Below are positions 1 through 8,386 of a DNA stretch of 64,000 nt, in pieces (position 1 is the first letter of the stretch; each line of letters starts with the position of its first letter). Below the pieces are notes generated by a model. The model worked only from the letters and a program-made list of their open reading frames with translations, did no database searches and was not told the origin of the DNA. Source of the stretch: Spirochaetia bacterium (GTDB lineage: Bacteria > Spirochaetota > Spirochaetia > DSM-27196 > Salinispiraceae); contig JBBRCZ010000002.1 of the NCBI GenBank assembly GCA_038204425.1, forward strand, positions 220,222 to 284,221. Reading direction: 5' to 3'. A program made the translations under genes and the position numbers.

Positions 1-870
1 TTACGGCGCTTGATCCGACGCGCGGTGCGCTGTGGCCGTAAGCTAGGGCACCATCAACCTTTCTTGCCAGCCGTCGCTGATGCAGTGCTAGAAATCTACC
101 GCGATGCCTATCCAGAAGTGGCTGCTCGTCGTGACATGATTGCCGGAGAACTAGGCCGAGAAGAAGAGCGATTTCTCAAGACGATAGAACTCGGTGAGCA
201 CGAGTTTGCAAAAATTCTCCCCAACTTGCTCAAGAACCCCAAAAAAGAAATCCCCGGTCGCTTGGCATTTAAACTCTACGACACGTTTGGTTTTCCAATC
301 GAAATTACCGAAGAACTGGCAACTGAAAACGCAATGACCGTCGACCGAGTTGGCTTTGACGAAGCCTTTGCCAAGCACCAGGAAGTCTCTAAGGCTGGCG
401 CCGACAAGACTTTTAAAGGCGGACTTGCCGACCACGGCGAGCTTACTACACGCCTGCATACCGCTACACACCTGATGCACAAGGCGCTTCAGATGGTCTT
501 GGGCCAAGGCGCCAAACAAAAAGGTAGCAATATTACCACTGAGCGCCTGCGTTTTGATTTTTCGCACCCAAGCAAAATGACTGATGAAGAGCTCAAGCGA
601 GTAGAAGCCATTGTAAACCAACAGATTAAACGTAAGTTGCCCGTGCTTATGTCCACCATGCCACTTGCCGAGGCCAAGACACTAGGTGCCATGGCGCTTT
701 TTGGCGAAAAGTACGAAGAGCTGGTCAAGGTTTACATGATTGGTGACTTTTCTACCGAAGTTTGTGGTGGTCCTCATGTAAACAATACCGAAGAGCTGGG
801 TAGCTTTAAGATTCTCAAGGAAGAGGCCAGTTCGGCAGGGGTGCGCCGCATCAGAGCTGTTTTAGAATAA
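1..870 (+). CDS. alaS: Alanine--tRNA ligase, C-terminal part (5' end outside window); short form lacking C-Ala domain
   Basis: Frame open from base 1 (LRRLIRRAVR); motifs FKLYDTFGFP, HTATHL, RLRFDF, EVCGGPHV and SAGVRRIRA. Confidence 0.96.
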   Translation, partial: LRRLIRRAVRCGRKLGHHQPFLPAVADAVLEIYRDAYPEVAARRDMIAGELGREEERFLKTIELGEHEFAKILPNLLKNPKKEIPGRLAFKLYDTFGFPIEITEELATENAMTVDRVGFDEAFAKHQEVSKAGADKTFKGGLADHGELTTRLHTATHLMHKALQMVLGQGAKQKGSNITTERLRFDFSHPSKMTDEELKRVEAIVNQQIKRKLPVLMSTMPLAEAKTLGAMALFGEKYEELVKVYMIGDFSTEVCGGPHVNNTEELGSFKILKEEASSAGVRRIRAVLE

Positions 871-871
871 G

Positions 872-2200
872 TCACTCAAAGTATGGTGCCAAATAGTCGT
901 TGAGAAACTTACCCTGAGGGTCCAGGCTTCGGCGAAGTTTGACAAAGTCATGATAGCGAGGATAGAGTTTACTTAGTGTTTCTGGTGAGGCCTTAAAGCG
1001 CTTGGCCCAATGGGGCCGTGCGCCATGATTCAAAAAGACACGTTCCATTACGTCAAAGGACTTGTAGCTGTCGGCAGTGGCCGGGTTGCGAGTTACACAG
1101 CCCATAGTGACGCATTCTTCACTTTGGGCGTTGCCAAGCCAGGCCTTGCTTTTTTTGATAAAGCGTATATCCATCGGTATGTGAGTCCAAGACTTCTCTC
1201 TCTCAAAAGCTTGTTTGAGTTCCTTAAAACAGGCTGCAAAATCGCGCCTATCGATAGTCCATTCTGCCAGCTCCAAGGTGCCTGAGCGCGATTTGGTGAC
1301 GGTGCTTTGATAGAGTGATCCAATTCTACGCACTTCTTTGGAAAAAAAGGTGCGTTGCAGCAAGCGATTTGAGCACGGTACGCTAGAAGGTATAACGCCA
1401 GCCAAGGCGTATAATCGTTTGGACCAAAGTCTGCGGTAACGATTGAAGACAGGCGGATCAAGTGGCTCAAAGGGTGGCCTATCGGAAAAAGGCTGGCCCT
1501 TGATAACCCACGCCTTGTTGGTGTGGGGTAGCCATAGCATGCGCAAAAAGTCGTAGCTTTGGTAGTTGTCGTCCATGCTTGCCAGCCATTCGCTGTCGGG
1601 CATAGCTTTTTCGACTAGGGCGAGTTGCTTAAGTGCTTCTACTCTAAAACTGACTTGAGTCATGATCCCCAAGAGACCCAATGATACTCTCAGCGCATCA
1701 AGGCTTGCATACAAATCGCTGCTTTGGTTTACCACAACGGTTTGGCCTTGAGCATCGATTAGGGTGACTTCGGTCAAATAGTCCGAGAGACTCAAGGCTT
1801 GGCGCCCAGTGCCATGCGTACCGGTGGAAACCGCTCCAGCCAAAGTAATCTCATCGATGTCTGGAAGTGCAGCAAATGCGAGACCGTTTTGCTCCAGGTA
1901 AACACAGAGTTGGGCCAAGCTAAGCCCAGCTCCGGCCGTGACAATATTCCTCTCTCCGTTTAAATAAGCTGGTTTGCTTAAGACGCTGGAGGGTATGTTG
2001 TAGCCACTGGAGGCTACTATGTCGGCGCTGGATTTTCCATAGCCCAAGGCGCGTACTTTATCGGCCTTGGCGACGGCTTGGGCGAGCTCGTCCAGATTGT
2101 TGTTGCTTAAGTAACCTTGATGTGGTCGCTTGATACGGCCGTTCCAGCTTGTCCATGTTGTTGTGCCCACTCCGACCTTCCTCGGATATAAATTAAACAC
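872..2200 (-). CDS. FAD-linked oxidoreductase, aldonolactone/alditol oxidase (ALO/GULO-like, VAO fold) family
   Basis: SWNG N-terminus, ITLAGAVSTGTHGTG, LGLLGI, RPHWAK and LDPQGKFLN motifs. Confidence 0.85.
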   Translation of the reverse strand: MFNLYPRKVGVGTTTWTSWNGRIKRPHQGYLSNNNLDELAQAVAKADKVRALGYGKSSADIVASSGYNIPSSVLSKPAYLNGERNIVTAGAGLSLAQLCVYLEQNGLAFAALPDIDEITLAGAVSTGTHGTGRQALSLSDYLTEVTLIDAQGQTVVVNQSSDLYASLDALRVSLGLLGIMTQVSFRVEALKQLALVEKAMPDSEWLASMDDNYQSYDFLRMLWLPHTNKAWVIKGQPFSDRPPFEPLDPPVFNRYRRLWSKRLYALAGVIPSSVPCSNRLLQRTFFSKEVRRIGSLYQSTVTKSRSGTLELAEWTIDRRDFAACFKELKQAFEREKSWTHIPMDIRFIKKSKAWLGNAQSEECVTMGCVTRNPATADSYKSFDVMERVFLNHGARPHWAKRFKASPETLSKLYPRYHDFVKLRRSLDPQGKFLNDYLAPYFE

Positions 2201-2203
2201 AAA

Positions 2204-4126
2204 TCAAGGTATAAAAGCCAGTGAGAACCAGGGCACAAAGCTAATCAAAACTACCAAAATTAGCTGGATGAGAAAAAACGGTAGAATATCTTTATACAAG
2301 TTGGTCATAGGGCGGTTAAAGCGATAAGAAGACAAAAACAAATTGAGACCAACTGGCGGCGTTATAAACCCTAGACTAAGGTTGGACAAGAAGATAATTC
2401 CCAAATGCAAACGACTAATGCCAAAGATATCACCGAGTGGCAAGATTAAGGGCACAATGATGTAGATGGCTGAGTAAACGTCCATAATGCAACCGACCAA
2501 GAGCAAAATAAGGTTTAGCAGCAAGATGAACATCCATGGCGAGGCGATGCTTGAACGTATCCATTCTACCAAAAGCTGAGGAAATCCAGTGTCTACAGAA
2601 TAATACGAAAGTGCGCGAGACATAGCTAGGATGATAAAGACCCCGCCGGCTATAATTGCAGCGCTAGTTAGTGAAGCTTTGAGCGCATTGATGTTAAGTT
2701 CGCGTCGGAAGAGCCCGAGGTAAATCAAGACATAGACCACCGAAAGTGCAGCAGTTTCTACTAAGTTTGCAGCACCTGTAAACAAAAGCACAAAAATGAG
2801 CAGCGGCAAAATCAACTCGCCAATGGCATCGGTAAAGGAACCTTTCTTTTCACTTGAGCTAACGGCTTTATGTTCCTTAGTACCCGATCTAAACGATTTG
2901 TAAATTCCCATGCCAAAGAGTCCTAGCATCAGGATAAGACCTGGCAGTATTCCAGCCTTAAACATATCGAGAATTGAGACTTGTGCGGTGGAGGCATAGA
3001 GGATTATAGCCAGACTTGGCGGCAAGAGGATGCCAGGACCCGGAGCGGAGGTAATTAAGCCGTAGGAGAAAGTTTCGCCATACGACTTATTTTTTAGCAA
3101 GACACCAAGTAGTAAGCTGCCTAGTGCCAATATCGTTACGCCACTCGCACCAGTAAAGGTGGTAAAAACAGCCATAGACAAGATGGTTACAAAAGCTGTC
3201 TTTCCTGTAAATCGGCCACCCGTTTTTTCTATCAATCCTACTATTCGCTGTGGTGACTTGGCGTGCGAAAGTAAAAACCCGCACAAAGTAAACAAGGGGA
3301 TGGCAGCAAGAATAGAACCATTGCTAAGTATGCGATAGCTCTCTTCCATAATGATGGAGGCCGAACTTCCAATTCCTGCAAATAGTACTAGCGAAATACC
3401 ACCAATAACTTTGTACAAAGGCAGGCCCAAAAAAGCTCCAAACAGTATTAAGATTACAAAAGGCATGGTCAGCCACTCCATGGTGGATGTCCAAGCATCT
3501 GATAGGCTATTGAACCACTCACTGTCAAAGTTCCCGAGACTTACTAGGGTAAGAATGGAAGGCAAGGTGAGAATGGCGCCGACGATAAACGTACTGATGG
3601 TAGCAAAGAGCTTCCACCAGAGCACCTGCCCTTTGCTTATGGTTTGTTTTAGTTCTATCAAGTAGATAAACAAGAAACCAAGCGGCATGCTCATTGCGAC
3701 GACCGTCAAAGGTATTCCAAACAATTCTTCGTCGGGTCCAAACGCTAACAAGGCAAAGCACAATGAGGCCCAAAAGAGTGCAACACTTATAAAAAGCCCC
3801 AAGTACCAACTAGTCCTTTGGATCAAGTTTCTTAGTCGTTCAAACTTGAGATTTTGGAAAAGCTGGATGCTTAAGTGTTCTTTTCTGACGGTTGCTATGA
3901 TTGCGCCCCACAAACTCAAAAAAAGCATCAGGTGCCCAGTGATTCTACCGTCAATTAGCGGCGCGTTGGGTACAAACCGAACTATTGCGCTCAGCAAAGG
4001 CAAGAAAGTACTAAGTCCAAAAAGTATCAACGATATCGTTAAGGAAGCAGAAGTTATAGCCGCTTGTCGGGCCGTTGGTGGCGGTTGCAACGCGCTTTGG
4101 TCGGCCGTAGTTGGTGTTGTTTCCAT
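2204..4126 (-). CDS. TRAP transporter fused small and large permease (DctQ-DctM)
   Basis: Highly hydrophobic ~640 aa; EHLSI (DctQ), AIPLF, GILLPPS and GFITPPVGLNLF (DctM). Confidence 0.92.
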   Translation of the reverse strand: METTPTTADQSALQPPPTARQAAITSASLTISLILFGLSTFLPLLSAIVRFVPNAPLIDGRITGHLMLFLSLWGAIIATVRKEHLSIQLFQNLKFERLRNLIQRTSWYLGLFISVALFWASLCFALLAFGPDEELFGIPLTVVAMSMPLGFLFIYLIELKQTISKGQVLWWKLFATISTFIVGAILTLPSILTLVSLGNFDSEWFNSLSDAWTSTMEWLTMPFVILILFGAFLGLPLYKVIGGISLVLFAGIGSSASIIMEESYRILSNGSILAAIPLFTLCGFLLSHAKSPQRIVGLIEKTGGRFTGKTAFVTILSMAVFTTFTGASGVTILALGSLLLGVLLKNKSYGETFSYGLITSAPGPGILLPPSLAIILYASTAQVSILDMFKAGILPGLILMLGLFGMGIYKSFRSGTKEHKAVSSSEKKGSFTDAIGELILPLLIFVLLFTGAANLVETAALSVVYVLIYLGLFRRELNINALKASLTSAAIIAGGVFIILAMSRALSYYSVDTGFPQLLVEWIRSSIASPWMFILLLNLILLLVGCIMDVYSAIYIIVPLILPLGDIFGISRLHLGIIFLSNLSLGFITPPVGLNLFLSSYRFNRPMTNLYKDILPFFLIQLILVVLISFVPWFSLAFIP

Positions 4127-4132
4127 CAAGTA

Positions 4133-5125
4133 TTACTCTCTATTGCTGCGCAGTCTAGTCAAAATCGTTTGGATAGTATTAAACAAGTCTTTGTCGTAAA
4201 TAGTGCCGAGTGATTTTTGAACTGCCATAGCTGCCTCTTTTTGCCATTCTGCAAGTTCGCTCTGGCTGGTTCTATTGACAATTAGGCCATATTTAACCAT
4301 TGCGGTAATAGCTTCTTTTTCTATGTCTACGGCGCGACTGTCCAGTTTGGCAGCTATTTTTGCCGCCGCAGCCATCAACTGCGGGCGCAGATTGGCAGGA
4401 ATACGAGTCCAAGTTTGCGTCGAGAGCACAATTGAACCGAGAATGGGTGCAAACTCAAGATCAGAAAAATGCGGTGCTGCGCCAAAAAGTTGGTAACCTG
4501 CTGCGGCAAAAGGAACCAGCAAAATAGTATCAACCATGCCCGAGTTAAGCGCGGTCAGCACTTCCAAACCTTGGCCGTTGATAGGTTTAAATCCCATAGT
4601 TTGCATCATCTTAAACAAATCATCACTATTGCCAGGAATTGTAAGTTTGCGATTGCGGGCTTGTTCGATGCTGGTAAGTTTAGTTTTAGAGAAAAAATGT
4701 ATCCAACCAGCCGTGTTCCAAACTATGGGCTGATAGCCTTTAACGACTAAGCGATTTTCTAGGTCGGGTTTAACAAGTTCAATAGTTTTGCCAAATTCAT
4801 TTCTGTCTTTAAAGATCATCGGGGCACTTAGAGTTAAGAGTGCCTTGTCAATCAGGCCCAGTCCATTGGTAGTTAAAACGGCTCCTTGCAATTGCCCAAT
4901 GCGCATCTTTCGCAGCATATCATCTTCATTGCCGGCTACTGCATTGTGAAAAATTCTAATTTGAATCTCGCCATTGCTAATCTTTAGCCACTCAGCCGCG
5001 AGTTCTTTGAGGGCGTCGCCCCAAGGAGAAGCTTCAGGAGCTTGGCTACCCAACTTGATTTGCAGTGACGATAAGGGCACAATAAGAAAAAGCACCAGGA
5101 TGAGCAGCATAGTGATGCGCTTCAT
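4133..5125 (-). CDS. TRAP substrate-binding protein DctP (TatP-like)
   Basis: Signal peptide MKRITMLLILVLFL with GAGGTG RBS; IKLGSQAPEASPW, RKMRIGQLQG and ALNSGMVD motifs; co-oriented with DctQM. Confidence 0.9.
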   Translation of the reverse strand: MKRITMLLILVLFLIVPLSSLQIKLGSQAPEASPWGDALKELAAEWLKISNGEIQIRIFHNAVAGNEDDMLRKMRIGQLQGAVLTTNGLGLIDKALLTLSAPMIFKDRNEFGKTIELVKPDLENRLVVKGYQPIVWNTAGWIHFFSKTKLTSIEQARNRKLTIPGNSDDLFKMMQTMGFKPINGQGLEVLTALNSGMVDTILLVPFAAAGYQLFGAAPHFSDLEFAPILGSIVLSTQTWTRIPANLRPQLMAAAAKIAAKLDSRAVDIEKEAITAMVKYGLIVNRTSQSELAEWQKEAAMAVQKSLGTIYDKDLFNTIQTILTRLRSNRE

Positions 5126-5226
5126 AGGTTCACCTCGTATAAATATATGTTGTGATCGCTCTTGATTAACGATGACTCTTAAATAGACTAATCGCAAATG
5201 CCTTGCCTGTAAAGTCTGGCAAGAGA

Positions 5227-6396
5227 TTATGGTGTTTTAACAACTTCCCTGGAGCTAGGCCCACAATCCTGATTGCTGTCTTTGCTAAGTCGCCAAGCCT
5301 CAACGCACGCAATAAGTCCATCCTTTAGGTCCACCTGGGGACTGTAGGCAAAGTGTTCATTGGCTTTCTGATGAGAGAATTGGTAGTTGCTGCACAGCTG
5401 GTCTACTCGATATCTGGTGAGTGGTGGAGCTGCTTTGCTTCGCACAAGCGAGAAGAAAAACTCAAGTACGCAAGCCGAGAGAAAGGCAAGCTTGCCGTTG
5501 AGGTTTATTTTGCTTGGAGTTAAGTCCAGCGCGCCGCTCATTTGATCAAGCAAGCTGCGCCAAGTGTGGGAGCCTGTTCCGCTCAAATTAAAGGCTTGGT
5601 ACTTGTGCTGGGTGTCGTTTGCTGTCCACTTTAAACACGCAACTATGCCGTTGCAAAGGTCGTCTACATGTACCGGGCAGGTCAGAAAAGCGCCATGGGA
5701 AAGGGTTCCCATAATGCCTTTTTGTAAAGCATCAAAAAGATTGTAGAAAGTAGTCGTATCGCCTGGGCCATAGACCATGGCTGGCCTAACGGTGACAGCT
5801 CGAAGTCCTTGGCTTGCTAAACGTGCCAACAAAGATTCTGCCAGACGTTTGCTGAGTGGATAAGGGTTGTTGGCTGGGTAGTAAGGGCCCGCTTCGCTAC
5901 TATTGTTGTGTTGACCAAAGCCATGCACGGCCACCGAGCTTACAAAAACAAATGCCTTGACCCGTTTTTCTAAGGCGGCTTGTGCTAAAACGCGCAATGG
6001 GTGGACGTTGGCAACAAAAAATTTCTCAAACGAACCCCAGTCACCGGCATAGGCTGCAGCGTGGATCACCGCATCACAGTCGGCGATCATTTGCTTGGCG
6101 GATTCTAGGTCAGCGTTGTCTATTTCATAGTCGAGAGCAAAGCTTGCCAGACCCAAACGAGCATCTTTGCGCCAGGCACGCATCAGGTCGGACTTGAGAT
6201 TTGGCAAAGAACGAGAGAAGTCAAGATGGTCGGTACTAAAGCTTAGCTGCCTAGGATATTGATTCTGGATACGAGACAAAGCTTGCGGAACGCTGCCGCG
6301 GCGATGACTTGCAACAACTGAATGTCCATGTTCAACTAGCTGGTGAATAAGATGCTGACCAATGAAACCGGCTGAACCAGTTACAAAAACTTTCAT
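5227..6396 (-). CDS. NAD-dependent epimerase/dehydratase (extended SDR, 3-beta-HSD-like)
   Basis: MKVFVTGSAGFIG Rossmann motif, VIHAAA, YPLSK (YxxxK), RPAMVYGPGD. Confidence 0.88.
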   Translation of the reverse strand: MKVFVTGSAGFIGQHLIHQLVEHGHSVVASHRRGSVPQALSRIQNQYPRQLSFSTDHLDFSRSLPNLKSDLMRAWRKDARLGLASFALDYEIDNADLESAKQMIADCDAVIHAAAYAGDWGSFEKFFVANVHPLRVLAQAALEKRVKAFVFVSSVAVHGFGQHNNSSEAGPYYPANNPYPLSKRLAESLLARLASQGLRAVTVRPAMVYGPGDTTTFYNLFDALQKGIMGTLSHGAFLTCPVHVDDLCNGIVACLKWTANDTQHKYQAFNLSGTGSHTWRSLLDQMSGALDLTPSKINLNGKLAFLSACVLEFFFSLVRSKAAPPLTRYRVDQLCSNYQFSHQKANEHFAYSPQVDLKDGLIACVEAWRLSKDSNQDCGPSSREVVKTP

Positions 6397-6416
6397 GATG
6401 GCATATAGTAGCAAAA

Positions 6417-7229
6417 ATGAGCGACAAACAAAAGTCTGACAACGGCAAAGATAAGCTTTTGTCGGCTGCGCAGGCACTAAAAAGAGATTTTTTTTCCCTT
6501 GCCGCTGGTAAATTGACCATAATCGTACTTTTTAGCATCACTTCGATGGTCTTTTATTTGTACTTTAACATGCATACCAAAAACATTGCGGCACTGCTGT
6601 TTCCCTCCGCACTAGGCGACTTAGGGGCATATATATTACGTTTTGTGTCGAGCTTCACCTTGCTCGGCCTTATCCCTTTTGTAGCAACTAAGCTGCTTGG
6701 TTATTCCAACCACGACATTGGTCTGGTTTTTGACGCAGCCTTTCTTAAAAGTAAGATTTTTTGGATTACGACACTTGCATTCCTGCTCACAAACCTAGTT
6801 AACATTTTTAACAATGAATTAGTCGCCTATTATCCATTTTCTAAGACACTAATTAGCCTAGTGATTCAAGAGCCGTGGCTTATAGGCCTGCATGCCCTAG
6901 CTTATTTTTTGTTATACTATCTTCCTTGGGAGTTATTGTTTAGAGGTATTCTGGTTTTTCCATTTCTAAAACTACTTGACAGCGACGGCAAGGTTCCCAT
7001 TTACAAACAAGCAAGTTTTTACCTCGTCGCATCGTTGCAAACCATACCGACCGTTCTTATGCACTTACCGCATCCCATGATTGAGACCCTTGCAACCATC
7101 CCCTTTGGTTTTTTGGCGGCATGGTTAGTATTGCGTTTTAGGTCTATAGCTCCGGTACTAATCATCCATGCCAGTGTTGGTATTAGCCTTGACATTGGCA
7201 TTATAGTTAAACATGCTTTGCAGCTATAA
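6417..7229 (+). CDS. CPBP (CAAX protease/Abi) family intramembrane glutamic endopeptidase
   Basis: Multi-TM protein with WELLFRG, LMHLPHP and IIH motifs. Confidence 0.8.
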   Translation: MSDKQKSDNGKDKLLSAAQALKRDFFSLAAGKLTIIVLFSITSMVFYLYFNMHTKNIAALLFPSALGDLGAYILRFVSSFTLLGLIPFVATKLLGYSNHDIGLVFDAAFLKSKIFWITTLAFLLTNLVNIFNNELVAYYPFSKTLISLVIQEPWLIGLHALAYFLLYYLPWELLFRGILVFPFLKLLDSDGKVPIYKQASFYLVASLQTIPTVLMHLPHPMIETLATIPFGFLAAWLVLRFRSIAPVLIIHASVGISLDIGIIVKHALQL

Positions 7230-7243
7230 ATCTAAGAGGATAT

Positions 7244-8386
7244 ATGCAAGAAAATTTAAGTCAGGTTGCTATCGAACCAAAACAGACTGAACCTAAGCAG
7301 CCCGCCACCAGTCCAGGCAGAAGAAAGACCTATCTCTACATAATTCTGGCAGTAGCCATAGGATTGGTCACCAATATTTTTATTGGGCTTTTAGTTGACG
7401 CAGATAAGTTGCGTCGGGTTTTTGCCCAAGTCTCATGGGACTTAGTTGCAGTCCCGTTTCTTATCTATCTTTTTCTGTCTTTTGTCGATGCTATCCGGCT
7501 CAAGATGGTTGGTTGGAAGTGTGGCTACATTCTGCCTTTTAGAGCTTGTCTTTCTAATAGTATTGTAGGCTCGTTCTTTTCTAATGTTACGCCTATGGCA
7601 GCTGGTGGGCAACCTTTTCAAGTATTTCACTTACAAAAGTATGGCATGCCCGGAAAGATTGCGACTAACATTATTCTTTCGCGTTTTGTTGTAAACGCCA
7701 TGATACTGATGGGCATTCTGCTGATTGCAATACCGACCATTGTTCGTATTGCCAATACCGTAGCTAGCGCTGCTTTGGTGTTTTATCTTGGCTTGGGCCT
7801 AACTTTTTTGTTTGCGCTGACTTTTTTGGCAATTCTAATTCAGCCAAAGATTGTCTTTTGGTTAAGTAAAGCGCTAGGACGCGGTCCTATCAATCGACTT
7901 ATTGTAAAACTTAGCAAAAGAGTGGAATGGCAAGCTGACTTAGAAAAAGCCACTCAAGAACTTCGTAGCGAAATTAGAAGCCTATGGTCCAAAGGCAGGT
8001 CAGTAATGATTCTTGATATTGTGCTTAATATCGGCGTAATTGTTATGCAAGGGCTGGCCTTGTGGTACCCATTGCAACGGCTGTCCGAAGTCGCAGTACC
8101 ATTTTTTCCAGTTCTTATTACCTTTGTGGTAGTTTGGCAGGTGGTATTCTACATCCCGTCTCCTGGAGCTTCAGGCGGCTTGGAAGGCATGTTTGTTTTG
8201 GTCTTTACGGCCTTCTTTGGCAACGACGCGGCCATGCTGACAGGTATTATTATGTGGCGCGCAGGAAGCTATTATCTGCACCTGATTTTGGGTTTAGTAG
8301 TTTCAACGGTATCAATTGGCAGAGTCAAAACACCGAGTAAAAAAACCGAGCAAAAAATATCAGACAACTTGAATGAGAAGCTCTAA
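7244..8386 (+). CDS. Lysylphosphatidylglycerol synthase TM-domain (flippase-like, UPF0104) protein
   Basis: FFSNVTPMAAGGQP, IPSPGASGGLE and WR motifs; AGAGGA RBS. Confidence 0.88.
   Translation: MQENLSQVAIEPKQTEPKQPATSPGRRKTYLYIILAVAIGLVTNIFIGLLVDADKLRRVFAQVSWDLVAVPFLIYLFLSFVDAIRLKMVGWKCGYILPFRACLSNSIVGSFFSNVTPMAAGGQPFQVFHLQKYGMPGKIATNIILSRFVVNAMILMGILLIAIPTIVRIANTVASAALVFYLGLGLTFLFALTFLAILIQPKIVFWLSKALGRGPINRLIVKLSKRVEWQADLEKATQELRSEIRSLWSKGRSVMILDIVLNIGVIVMQGLALWYPLQRLSEVAVPFFPVLITFVVVWQVVFYIPSPGASGGLEGMFVLVFTAFFGNDAAMLTGIIMWRAGSYYLHLILGLVVSTVSIGRVKTPSKKTEQKISDNLNEKL

Noticed and set aside
6417..7229. CPBP/Abi protein as a phage-defence gene
   Set aside because: The Abi label for this family is historical; the context (flippase-like protein, SDR) suggests membrane metabolism and no defence genes are nearby
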